Shown piece after piece: positions 24,911 to 33,999 of a stretch of 41,981 nucleotides of DNA. The stretch is from a virus, in IMG/VR virus record IMGVR_UViG_3300029127_000011, one strand, 5' to 3'. The notes beneath the pieces are model-generated. The model saw only the letters and a list, made by a program, of their open reading frames with translations, ran no database searches and was not told the DNA's origin. Numbering within the stretch: the stretch's first letter is position 1; every line of letters starts with the position of its first letter. Made by a program: the position numbers and the translations under genes.

Positions 24911-26104
24911 TTATCTTTGCCTCAATACGTGCGCCCTAGCCGTTCCATGGCTCGCTACGGATAACTTCTTCAAGGCTACGTATCGTATTGCGTCTATGCC
25001 GTGGTTAAATGCGTCTATAGGCTGGTTCGTTGTCTCTCCATCCCTTGACTTCTTCCACTTGTATTGCTGCATGTTTCCGATGATGCCGTGGCTGCGTCTT
25101 GTTATATTGATGCGGAAACGCTTGAGAATGTCGATTCCGTTGTTGATACTGTCCGCTCCCTTGGTGCTGCCGATTATCCACAGCCCTCGGTTGTGTATCT
25201 CCTGAATGCTCTTAGGCTCTGCCGAATCTGCAATGATAAGGTCTCGTTTCGTCCGTCCTTGTTCCTTGCATCGGTCTGCGATGTCATCGTTCGTCATTCC
25301 GGGCTGGTAGATTTCCTCGTCCACCCATAACTCTCCGTGTGCGAGAATAACGTGCTCCAGAGCAGTTGGGTCGTTTGTGAATCCGAAGTCCATACCCCTG
25401 CAATCCATCTTCCACTCCTCCCTTGGTGGCAGCTTGTCAACGATGCCCCAGTTGGTGAATATAAGTCCGGTTATCTTTCCGGTCAGTCCACGCGCATATA
25501 CTCGCCACAATTCGGGGTCGTCAATCTCTTCAATCTTTTTATGCTCCTGCTCCGTAAGGAATCGGTTGTTTCGGTGGTCGCTCAGGATCAGCCGGCAGTC
25601 ATCCCTGCCGATGATGTTGTTGTGCACCCAGAAGCGTGCGCTTGGATTGTAGTCGATGAATACCTGCTTTCGTGTTCGGATGGCAAGCTGCCAAAACACT
25701 TCGTATGGCACACCGTTCGCCTCGTTAACAAACAGATAGTCTCGCTTACCGTTCTTCGCATCCTGCGCATCTTGGTAACTCTTGAACTCGATGATTGAGC
25801 CGTTCTTTCCTCGGTAGCTGCTGTCGCTCTTGTTGTTCTTGAACCAGTCCAGCAACTCTGCCCTTGTGTGCAGGATGGTGTCGAGGTCTCGCATGGCTCC
25901 CACCTTTAGGTTCGGAAGGTCTTGACCGCACACCGTGATAATTACCCTTGGATGCTCAAAAGAAAGCACTATAAGACGCTGCATAATGGTGTATGTCTTC
26001 CCCGAAGACGTGCCTCCTTGGTTTACTAGAAACCTTGGCTTCACGTCCGCATTCGGGGCATACAGTTCACCAATAACGTCAAATAGTGCCATTCTTACAA
26101 ACAA
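24911..26104 (-). CDS. terL: terminase large subunit
   Basis: Has Walker A NQGGTSSGKTYT and Walker B-like DYLFVNEANG, with a C-terminal nuclease-like region. Confidence 0.9.
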   Translation of the reverse strand: MFVRMALFDVIGELYAPNADVKPRFLVNQGGTSSGKTYTIMQRLIVLSFEHPRVIITVCGQDLPNLKVGAMRDLDTILHTRAELLDWFKNNKSDSSYRGKNGSIIEFKSYQDAQDAKNGKRDYLFVNEANGVPYEVFWQLAIRTRKQVFIDYNPSARFWVHNNIIGRDDCRLILSDHRNNRFLTEQEHKKIEEIDDPELWRVYARGLTGKITGLIFTNWGIVDKLPPREEWKMDCRGMDFGFTNDPTALEHVILAHGELWVDEEIYQPGMTNDDIADRCKEQGRTKRDLIIADSAEPKSIQEIHNRGLWIIGSTKGADSINNGIDILKRFRINITRRSHGIIGNMQQYKWKKSRDGETTNQPIDAFNHGIDAIRYVALKKLSVASHGTARAHVLRQR

Positions 26105-26136
26105 TAAAACTTAAAACAAAATTATGGTAAAAAAAA

Positions 26137-26742
26137 TTATTCTTTATCCAATCCCTCACGCTCGATTACTTCCTGCTCGCTGGATGCGCACTGGTGTCCC
26201 GAGTTGATGTAGCGTACCTCGATGCCGCCTTGGAAGCCTGCGTTCAGGTCGAGCACGACCTTATCCAGTCCGAGCAGCTTGCAGATTTGCGTCTCTGCCT
26301 TGATGATGATGTCGAGGTAGCGTGGTTCTCCGAATCCTCGCTTCTCGGCATCGTACATTATCGCCTTGACGGTCTCGATTGAAATCTGCTTTCCTCGCTC
26401 ATCAAATAAAGGCTGTCCATGCTGGGTTGATTTCTGCAAGTGGTAGTCTTCCTTCGACTTCTCCCAGGCTTCCCAGGCTTCACGTATTACCAGCTTCAAC
26501 CTTGCCACCTCGCTTGTTATCTTTTCGTCCGTGTCGGTCAGTCTCTCTTCCCTCCACTCCTTCAATAACCGCTGAATGTCGCAGTGCGCTTGATTGTATT
26601 TCGGTCTGTCGAGCCGTTTCCTCACCTCTGCCGTGATTTCTCGCTCCGTCCATCCCTTGCGGTATAGGGGTGCGATAATCTGCAGGCGGTTCTCGATGTC
26701 GATTTTCTGCGCTCGATGTTTGTTGTTATTACCTTGTGGCAT
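26137..26742 (-). CDS. putative terminase small subunit
   Basis: Lies immediately upstream of terL, is 201 aa, and has the HTH-like GWTEREITAEVRKRL. Confidence 0.5.
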   Translation of the reverse strand: MPQGNNNKHRAQKIDIENRLQIIAPLYRKGWTEREITAEVRKRLDRPKYNQAHCDIQRLLKEWREERLTDTDEKITSEVARLKLVIREAWEAWEKSKEDYHLQKSTQHGQPLFDERGKQISIETVKAIMYDAEKRGFGEPRYLDIIIKAETQICKLLGLDKVVLDLNAGFQGGIEVRYINSGHQCASSEQEVIEREGLDKE

Positions 26743-26754
26743 ACGATTCTGATT

Positions 26755-27999
26755 TTAAAATTTCGCTCCGTTGTACTTGTATACGATGTTTCCCTCGCTG
26801 TCTCGTTCGTCAGCTGGCAACATTGCCCCTTCGAACATCTTGTATGGCGAGTGCGCTGCCTGCGGATTGTTCCAGCACCACTTCATGTAGTCGGCTGCGC
26901 TCATCGTGTAATACTTCGAGTACTTCTCTCTTGTTCCCAGGTTCATCGCCTTCTCCAGTCTCGCCCTCAAAAGGTTCTCTGCATCCAGCTTGATGTCGCT
27001 CCACCTCACGTATCCCTTGCGCTTGCAAATGTTCAGTGCTTCGCACATCTGCCCCCTGCTGTAGTTCCACGTTGGCGGCAATCCGCAGCAACTTCCGTTG
27101 TGGCAAAGTTCCTTGAAGTGTGCGTCCGATACATAAAAGCGCATTCCCAGCTGGTCGCACAGTTCCTTCATGTTCCTGAAGAACGGTTCTTTGACCTTGC
27201 GGTTCAGTCTCAGATAGCCGGACTGTACGCTGTACTTCTTGTAGAATGCGAGAATGTCGAAACCTGCCATCTTGCTGATGGTAGGCAACAATTCCCTCAA
27301 TGTCGGGCTTCTCGTTTCCAGGCAGAAGAATTCGGTGCTCAAAGCTGTAGCCCCTCTGTTGAATGCTTCCTTGATAAGGTCGAGGTACGTTGGCGTGCTC
27401 ACTCCGATGATGAAGGGTCTCAGTCTCAGCGTTGCACCTCCTGCTCCTGCATTGGCGATGCGCTCGATGGCTTCAAGTCTTGCTTGTGGGCTTTCCACCC
27501 CTCGCTCTATTACTCTAGCCTTCTCTGCATCGCTGGTGATGATTGAGAACTTGAAGTTCCAGTTCTTCTGCCCTCTGATCAAGTCCATATATCGCTCATC
27601 CTTGGTGAACCACGCTCCCTTGGTCGAGAAGCAAAGCGGATAGTCTATATCCTTGAAGAAACGCAAAAGTTCCAGTGTCGTTCCGTACTTCCGTTCGAAG
27701 TTGTCGAACTGGTCGCTCATGCTTCCCCACTGCATAACCTTGCGAGCCTTGATGTATGGCGCAAAGTCTCCACCGTGCTTGTCTGGGTCAATGAACATTC
27801 GTTTGATGCGCTCAACGCTCACGTCTTTAACCTCCTTGTGCAGGTATTCCTTTTTCTTGCTGCCAATACCTCGCTGGTTCTGAGCAAAGCAATACATACA
27901 GCCAAAGCTGCAATTATTGTAAGTGTCAAAAGCCATTGGCATTGAGCAGTCGGGAAACTCGTATGTTATTCTTGGCGTGTTGCCATAATGTTCTGCCAT
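26755..27999 (-). CDS. radical SAM protein (SplB/COG1533-like architecture)
   Basis: Has the CxxxCxxC cluster motif NNCSFGCMYCF near the N-terminus. 414 aa. Confidence 0.85.
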   Translation of the reverse strand: MAEHYGNTPRITYEFPDCSMPMAFDTYNNCSFGCMYCFAQNQRGIGSKKKEYLHKEVKDVSVERIKRMFIDPDKHGGDFAPYIKARKVMQWGSMSDQFDNFERKYGTTLELLRFFKDIDYPLCFSTKGAWFTKDERYMDLIRGQKNWNFKFSIITSDAEKARVIERGVESPQARLEAIERIANAGAGGATLRLRPFIIGVSTPTYLDLIKEAFNRGATALSTEFFCLETRSPTLRELLPTISKMAGFDILAFYKKYSVQSGYLRLNRKVKEPFFRNMKELCDQLGMRFYVSDAHFKELCHNGSCCGLPPTWNYSRGQMCEALNICKRKGYVRWSDIKLDAENLLRARLEKAMNLGTREKYSKYYTMSAADYMKWCWNNPQAAHSPYKMFEGAMLPADERDSEGNIVYKYNGAKF

Positions 28000-28003
28000 A
28001 TCC

Positions 28004-28534
28004 TCATGAATTTATTTTGTTGATGATAAAGTCTGCGATTTGGTCTGCTGTCTGCTCCGTGGTGTCTATCGCTACAACGTCACACCCCGCAGTTTGCCAT
28101 TTCTTTGCCGAATGTGCCGATTCTCGCTGTCCCCGGATAATATCCTTGCTCAACGTCTTGTTCGACCGTTCTGCGAGCCTTTTTTGGATTTCTTCGAGTG
28201 GTGCGTATAAGAAGATTACAATCTGTCTGTCCGCATTGAACATTGCGTGCGTCAAGTTCGGACCCCAGCATTTTAGTCTCATCCCTTCGCAAATGATACA
28301 GTCGGTGCTCTCAAGTGCCTTCTTCACGATGTCACGAAGTATGGTCGTACCGTTCAGATTGTCAACACCTCCGTACTTAACATCGTATCGCCCTGCAAAT
28401 GCAACTCCATCCCTGGTGCTGCTTATTCCGTTCGAATAGCTTTCGATTCCACCAAAGCTTTCTATCAGCTTTCGGACAACGGTGCTCTTTCCGCTGGCGT
28501 TGGTTCCAATTATGAAAACACAAGTCTTTCTCAT
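28004..28534 (-). CDS. P-loop NTPase / kinase-like protein (176 aa)
   Basis: Has Walker A IIGTNASGKSTV at the N-terminus and is the size of a small nucleotide or polynucleotide kinase. Confidence 0.8.
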   Translation of the reverse strand: MRKTCVFIIGTNASGKSTVVRKLIESFGGIESYSNGISSTRDGVAFAGRYDVKYGGVDNLNGTTILRDIVKKALESTDCIICEGMRLKCWGPNLTHAMFNADRQIVIFLYAPLEEIQKRLAERSNKTLSKDIIRGQRESAHSAKKWQTAGCDVVAIDTTEQTADQIADFIINKINS

Positions 28535-28639
28535 ATTCGAGTTATTTTTGTTAAATTTCGTCTCTGCCGGATTGAATTGTTCCGAGCGGATAGTTTATCC
28601 ATTTCAAGAGTTTCTCCGACTTAAACGCGAAAATTCCGA

Positions 28640-29281
28640 CTATTCGGGTTTTTCTTTGAGTTCTTCCACGTCAAAGTTGCGCTTCTCGATTGCGTCAAGT
28701 CCCAGCATATCTGCCACGGCTTGTGCGTCCTCGCTGCGGTATACGATGATGATGCGCTGTTCTTCGTCCTCTGCTGGTTCGTAGGTCGTGGCTTCCTGCT
28801 GGATTTCCCAGGGGTTCAATCCCCATCGCTGCATATCGTCCACATCAAATGCTCCCTTTAGCTTCTCTTCGTCCCAGCTGCCAAAATAGACGTTATCCTT
28901 GATGATGAACTCGTCCGTCTCTTCGTCGGATAGGCTGTCAGCAATAACGACCTCGACCTTTGGTTCTGCCTTCCACTTCTCCCAGTGGCTGCAAAGCTGC
29001 TGCTTCTCTCCATCGGTCAGTTTCACGGCAACGGCTTCAATCGCTCCCTTGATAGCTTCGTCTTCCATCTGCTCGATGTTGAGCAGGGCACGGAAGCGCA
29101 TGTTACCTCCGAGGATAACTCGGTTCTCATTACAGACGATTGGTCTCATCTTTAACATCTTCGGAAACGTCAGAATACTCTCAACGAGTTTCTGCATCTG
29201 CTGTGGCTCAATGCTGCGTGGGTTGTCTTGGTTCTCCACCAGGTCGTGCAGGTTGATGTTCTCGATTTTATTCTTCTCCAT
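28640..29281 (-). CDS. ParB N-terminal-domain (ParB/Srx-like) protein, paralog 2
   Basis: Contains ENQDNPRSIEPQQMQKLVESI...RPIV...LGGNMRFRAL. The C-terminus IIKDNVYFGSWDEEKL matches its paralog. Confidence 0.8.
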   Translation of the reverse strand: MEKNKIENINLHDLVENQDNPRSIEPQQMQKLVESILTFPKMLKMRPIVCNENRVILGGNMRFRALLNIEQMEDEAIKGAIEAVAVKLTDGEKQQLCSHWEKWKAEPKVEVVIADSLSDEETDEFIIKDNVYFGSWDEEKLKGAFDVDDMQRWGLNPWEIQQEATTYEPAEDEEQRIIIVYRSEDAQAVADMLGLDAIEKRNFDVEELKEKPE

Positions 29282-30041
29282 TGTCTTCCTCCTTTCCTTC
29301 TTGTCTTGGTTTCAGTTCATCAAAGTTCCAGACGATGCGGTCAATATGATCAACTCCCAGAAGCTTGGCAAGGAATGGCTCATCGGCTGGCTTGTAGTGA
29401 ATGATTAAGTTCTCACGTGGCAAAACGCCATCGCCCATTATCGTTGGCAAGTCGTCAGGGGTTAAGTCTTGACCTTCGATTTCAGGAGGTAGTTCCCCTG
29501 CGAATGGGTCGCCCTCTTGGTCGTCCTTGCCTTTCTTCTTGCACTTGCTGGTGCTGCTTGTTTCCACTGGTGCTGGGTTCCAGACTGGCATACCCCAGTT
29601 CTGAAGCTGTGCGCTGTCCCATCGGTTCGCAAGGTCGTTGAAGTCCCAGTTACCGAAGGATAGGTTGTCTTTAATCATAAACTCCTGCTTCTGTGCTTCT
29701 GTCAAGTCTGATGCGCTCACCACGGTAACTGTTGGCTGTTGCTGCCATCCCTGCCAGTACTCCATCAATGCGGATTGCTCATCATCGGAAAGACGCTGCT
29801 CTGCATCCAGCTTCACTTGAATGCCTGCTTCGTCCATCGTGACAATGTGCTGCAAGGCTTTCAGTCTCATGTTGCCACCCAATGCATGGAAGGTCTCATC
29901 AATAACAATCGGGCGCAGGGTCAACATTCGTGGGAACACGATGATGCTCTGCACAAGCTTCTGAAAGTTCGCTTGGCTTATCTCTCTTGGGTTCGCTTCG
30001 TTCTCGCTGACCCTCGATAGTGCGATTTCTTCTGTTTTCAT
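29268..30041 (-). CDS. ParB N-terminal-domain (ParB/Srx-like) protein, paralog 1
   Basis: Contains ENEANPREISQANFQKLVQSI...RPIV...LGGNMRLKAL and MIKDNLSFGNWDFNDL. No methyltransferase domain is attached. Confidence 0.8.
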   Translation of the reverse strand: MKTEEIALSRVSENEANPREISQANFQKLVQSIIVFPRMLTLRPIVIDETFHALGGNMRLKALQHIVTMDEAGIQVKLDAEQRLSDDEQSALMEYWQGWQQQPTVTVVSASDLTEAQKQEFMIKDNLSFGNWDFNDLANRWDSAQLQNWGMPVWNPAPVETSSTSKCKKKGKDDQEGDPFAGELPPEIEGQDLTPDDLPTIMGDGVLPRENLIIHYKPADEPFLAKLLGVDHIDRIVWNFDELKPRQEGKEEDNGEE

Positions 30042-30091
30042 TTTCTTCTTGTTTTAAGTTCGAAATACTGCTTATTTGATAAACACTGGCG

Positions 30092-30099
30092 CAAAGATA
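30092..30099 (-). promoter_or_regulatory. -7 box TAtcTTTG upstream of the ParB/rSAM/terminase operon
   Basis: The plus strand shows caaagata, about 50 nt upstream of the 30041 start. Confidence 0.5.
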
Positions 30100-30165
30100 C
30101 TACTTTTTTGCTTTAGTTGTTCGCTCTTTGCCCACTTTTAACTTTTTCCAACACTTCGTTTTATT

Positions 30166-30708
30166 TTATCCATCAAAGGCTCTGATGGTCTTCTGCAGGG
30201 TTGTCTGCGGTTTCTTCGGCATCACTCTGACCGGGTATCCTGCACAGACCCATGCGAGGAGAAGTGCGTCTCTCTGGTCTTGGTTCATTCTCGGCAACTT
30301 TTGTCCTGCGCTTACAAAATAAGCAATTTCGTCCTGCGTGATTTTTCCGTCCTTCCCATTCCAGCATTTTTTCAATGGCTTGATGATTTCGCAGGGGATA
30401 TTGTAGTGTTTGCAGCACTCGACAATCAAGATTCCGGTCTGATGGTTCATTCCGGTAGAGCGTCCGATTGCTGCTGCCTTGACTGCTGTCATGAAACGAT
30501 TAAGCACATGCCAGTTGCTTTTGTTGAGCCAGCCGCCTTCAATAACGACCTTAATCTTCTTGCAACTCTCGTTCATTGCCTTAAGGTAATCTATCAAAGC
30601 TGGGAAGTTCATTTTATAAGCGAGAAACTTCTTGTCGTCAAAGACTGCTCCAACTCCGCTTTCCTGATTGTCGGGGTCGATTCCGATTATAACTGTTCCT
30701 TTTTCCAT
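30166..30708 (-). CDS. RuvC-like Holliday junction resolvase
   Basis: Contains IIGIDPD, VIEGG and DQRDALLLAW, a RuvC-type acidic catalytic pattern. Confidence 0.72.
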   Translation of the reverse strand: MEKGTVIIGIDPDNQESGVGAVFDDKKFLAYKMNFPALIDYLKAMNESCKKIKVVIEGGWLNKSNWHVLNRFMTAVKAAAIGRSTGMNHQTGILIVECCKHYNIPCEIIKPLKKCWNGKDGKITQDEIAYFVSAGQKLPRMNQDQRDALLLAWVCAGYPVRVMPKKPQTTLQKTIRAFDG

Positions 30709-31183
30709 TTTTTTCTTTAAAGTAATTATTTTGTTTGAATTTCACGCATAAGCGTTTATTTTGTTTTGCTGGTGTAGTTTATTATCCAACACCCTTTACG
30801 TGCGCATATACGTGCGCACATGCGTTATTATCCCTATCTTTCCCCTACCCCTTTCTTTCCCTTCTTTTCGGTTGCGATAGAGAAAGCTGGCAGGGATTCC
30901 GGAAGTTGTGCCTGCGGGTGCAAAATAAATGAATAACAAAATGAATATGTTGAAGGGTTCTTCCTTCTTCCACCGCCAGCCGAATGAATAAAAGCATAAT
31001 TTTCTAACGATTTCTTTTTCTTACTTCCTCATGTACCACCTCGCTTTCTTTGTTTGTTGTCAGACTTCGGGAGATGCGTTTCCGGCTCTCATATCGTAAT
31101 TTCAAGATGTTATAAGTTTATTTGTTTTGATATTAGAGCCTATCTCCTTCTGTCCTCGCTGGTTAAAAACTCTATTATTGAAC

Positions 31184-31489
31184 TCACGACCGATTATTCT
31201 TTTTGTTTTCTAGCAGCCAAGCCAGATGCGCTGCCTGCTGCGGATTCTTGAACAGAGAAAGAGCCTTCTCTACGTCCGGCTTCTTCCTCTCACGCATCGC
31301 TCTGTCGGCTACCCGGTTCTTGGTACCGTAGTTCCGGTAGTGCTTACTCCAGTACTCCTTTTGGTACGCCCGGTACTTTTCCCGGTTTCTCTTTCGCCAT
31401 TCCTTCGTGGCTCTGAGGATCTGTTCCCGGTGTTCCTGGTAGTACGTTCTGTTCTTCTCCCTTGTTACGAAGTCGCTCATTGCATTCAA
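31184..31489 (-). CDS. basic hypothetical protein with Y-x-x-x-(N/H)-R-E-x repeats (start probably the ATG at 31480)
   Basis: Contains REKNRTYYQEHREQILRATKEWRKRNREKYRAYQKEYW. The track start is a TTG. Confidence 0.6.
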   Translation of the reverse strand: MNAMSDFVTREKNRTYYQEHREQILRATKEWRKRNREKYRAYQKEYWSKHYRNYGTKNRVADRAMRERKKPDVEKALSLFKNPQQAAHLAWLLENKKNNRS

Positions 31490-31596
31490 GTATTACCTGA
31501 TGTTCTACATATTGCTTGCGTGCCGGGCAATAGATGCCATTTATGCAGTTTCGCCCGGCATCGCAAGCCTTGCATAATTCACTCGCCATGCGTCCA

Positions 31597-32853
31597 CTAG
31601 AAAGGTAAGTCTACGAAGTCGTAGTCAGTGAAGGCAAAATTCTCGTGACCCTCGTATGGGATGCATTGAGTGAAGTCTGCTGCCTTTCCGCTATGTAAAG
31701 GCAAGACGTTGTATCTAGATGCAAAATCCTCTCCACGGTCACGGACAAAGAACGCTGGAAGCCACTTGAATCCTTTTCCGCACCTTACCAGCACCTTGTC
31801 AAAGGTCTTGAAGGCTGGCTGCTCCTTCGCTTCCTTCTCTTTCTTCCAGATGGCATAATGCTTGTTGAACAGTTCTACTTCGAGTTCTGTTGCTTCCCTG
31901 AGTTCCTTGTGCAAACTGATATTCAGATAGAAGGTTTCATTGGTCACGAAATGCTCGTTCTCGATGTCGTACTGCTCTCCGAATGTCAGCGTGCCATCAC
32001 TTTCGTTCTTGCCGATAACCTTACCGATAACTGCCACCTTTCCGTCCTCGTCTTCATCGTTGAAAACATAGAGTTTGCCGACTTCAAACGCTGGCTTCAA
32101 GTTCACAATCATTTTCTTGTCAGCATCCCAAGCCTTGCCTTCCTCTGCTAGAGCTTCAAAGAGCAGCTGCTTTTCTGAGTCAGTTGCAAATCTATACCCT
32201 TCAGCCGATACACGATTATCGTTAAACAATAATCCAAACGTTTCATCTATAGAAACATAGAAATAAAGGGTATGCTTATAAATCCTTCGACATATTGCAA
32301 CTGATTTTCCATATAACACTATATCTCCATCCTTGAACTCAGGCTGTTTTTCAATCTCCAAGGTCTCACGATTGAGTTTACCGCCCAAAAATTTCTCGAT
32401 AGTGTTGATGTAGGTCTGAGCAGAATCTTTGTTATCTTCAATATGATAGTCTTGTACATTCTGCATTTTCAAACAAGATACATGTCTCTTTTTACTTACA
32501 CTAATCCAGTGTTTACCTTCAAATGTAGTATAATCATTTTTTGAAAAACAATTAAAGATTATATGGCTGTCGCTATCATTGCTAACCAGCACGTCTCCCT
32601 TCTTAAAGAACTTGCTCCAATCTCTCATTTCTTTCGAAGGGAAGAGCAGAGGTTCTCCTTCTTTATCGATTTTTCCGTTCTTGTCGAAAAAGTGTTCTCT
32701 TCCAGCTTCGTCCTCAGTCCAGATTGCTTTCGCACTGTCCTTGTCGTTTGCCATTCCACTGAACCACACCCTTCCACATTTTGACGTGTATAACTCTGTG
32801 CCATACTCTACGTCCTTCAAAATCTCATAAATATCAATATCTTTCTGTTCCAT
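31597..32853 (-). CDS. hypothetical protein (418 aa) with about four internal repeats beginning (K/Q)PxFKxGDxV
   Basis: Repeat starts are FPSKEMRDWSKFFKKGDVLV, KQPEFKDGDIVLY, LKPAFEVGKLYVF and EQPAFKTFDKVLV. An AAACATTCAG box lies 3 nt before the ATG. Confidence 0.8.
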   Translation of the reverse strand: MEQKDIDIYEILKDVEYGTELYTSKCGRVWFSGMANDKDSAKAIWTEDEAGREHFFDKNGKIDKEGEPLLFPSKEMRDWSKFFKKGDVLVSNDSDSHIIFNCFSKNDYTTFEGKHWISVSKKRHVSCLKMQNVQDYHIEDNKDSAQTYINTIEKFLGGKLNRETLEIEKQPEFKDGDIVLYGKSVAICRRIYKHTLYFYVSIDETFGLLFNDNRVSAEGYRFATDSEKQLLFEALAEEGKAWDADKKMIVNLKPAFEVGKLYVFNDEDEDGKVAVIGKVIGKNESDGTLTFGEQYDIENEHFVTNETFYLNISLHKELREATELEVELFNKHYAIWKKEKEAKEQPAFKTFDKVLVRCGKGFKWLPAFFVRDRGEDFASRYNVLPLHSGKAADFTQCIPYEGHENFAFTDYDFVDLPF

Positions 32854-32876
32854 TGTCTGAATGTTTTTATTGTTGT

Positions 32877-33002
32877 TTACAACTTAACGTGTCCGAGTTT
32901 AAAATAAAGTTCCAACAGTTCCTGAGTATTGAGCCAGAAATCGGTGTTGCCAACGAATACGTGATGATGATGATTGTCATTGATGATTTCTATCTTTTTC
33001 AT
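32877..33002 (-). CDS. small ORF (41 aa, MKKIEIINDNHHHH...), below the track cutoff
   Basis: My own translation. Its ATG directly abuts the stop of the upstream small ORF, and it fills an otherwise empty gap. Confidence 0.35.
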   Translation of the reverse strand: MKKIEIINDNHHHHVFVGNTDFWLNTQELLELYFKLGHVKL

Positions 33003-33158
33003 TTATCTACGTTTAAAATTGTTTGTGTCCGCATTGTAATCCTTCAGGATACATTCAAGTGCCTTTACCTCATCATCTGCCAGCCAGATGTCTCTGTTGT
33101 CAACTGACAGATGATGAAGACCACACTCACGGACCAGTTTTATATCAACTCTGTACAT
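33003..33158 (-). CDS. small ORF (51 aa, MYRVDIKLVRECGLHH...), below the track cutoff
   Basis: My own translation. It fills the gap between 33180 and 33002. Confidence 0.35.
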   Translation of the reverse strand: MYRVDIKLVRECGLHHLSVDNRDIWLADDEVKALECILKDYNADTNNFKRR

Positions 33159-33179
33159 AGCTAATACGGTTTATGATAA

Positions 33180-33662
33180 CTATTTAAAAAGTTCTTGTTG
33201 CGGATGAATGATGTCTGCCCGCTTCTTCTTAGCCGCCCAGAGAAGGAGGTTGTTGTTCTTGGTTTCAGCATTCTTCTCGAGGTCTCTGATGATGTAGGTC
33301 AAAGCATCGTACTCCGCTTCTTTCTCGTTACCGTAGAAGATGTTGAGAGTGTCATATCTACTCGGGTAGCCTACCGGGCTGTCGTACCCGTGCTTTCCCT
33401 TCCGAATGCTGTAGCCCCATATCCAGCCGAACTGTGTATTGGCGGTCATTACCTTCCATCCCCAGTTGTCTGCACCCTCTGCGGCATACTCGATTACGTG
33501 CGGATTGATGCAAACATCGTAGATGTTGTACTTGAAGCCTTCGTGCTCTGCGACCGGCTTCTTGATGTCGTAGCTATTATCGGTCAGCCATTTGAACCAG
33601 TCGTCTGAGGTCTTGAATACGAGCCCTGCGGCTCTGCATTCGTGGAAAAATAATTCATTCAT
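33180..33662 (-). CDS. hypothetical protein (160 aa)
   Basis: ORF in the early operon. Confidence 0.75.
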   Translation of the reverse strand: MNELFFHECRAAGLVFKTSDDWFKWLTDNSYDIKKPVAEHEGFKYNIYDVCINPHVIEYAAEGADNWGWKVMTANTQFGWIWGYSIRKGKHGYDSPVGYPSRYDTLNIFYGNEKEAEYDALTYIIRDLEKNAETKNNNLLLWAAKKKRADIIHPQQELFK

Positions 33663-33666
33663 GGCT

Positions 33667-33903
33667 TTAAATCTTTACGAAGTGTACGTCCTTGCGGTCT
33701 TCTCTTTCACTATTCAGACAAGCAAGATTCCTGCACATAATGCCTTCTCTCTTACCGTTCAAGATGCACTCGTAGCAGTTATATTCAGATAGACCTATAT
33801 CCTCAACAACCTTGCAATTTACACCTTCAATGCTAATTGTCGCCCCTACTGGGTAATCTGTATTAAAGCATTCGTTGTTTACAATACATACTTCTTTTGC
33901 CAT
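33667..33903 (-). CDS. Cys-rich small protein (78 aa), possible zinc-binding
   Basis: Several Cys pairs are present (CIVNNEC, CYEC, CRNLAC). Confidence 0.6.
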   Translation of the reverse strand: MAKEVCIVNNECFNTDYPVGATISIEGVNCKVVEDIGLSEYNCYECILNGKREGIMCRNLACLNSEREDRKDVHFVKI

Positions 33904-33999
33904 AATTCTTTTGTTTTAAGTGTTTAAAATATGTTTGCCTTATAATTTACCGCCCGAAGCGTGAAAACGGCTCAGAGCGGCTGATTTTGCCCTCATTCG

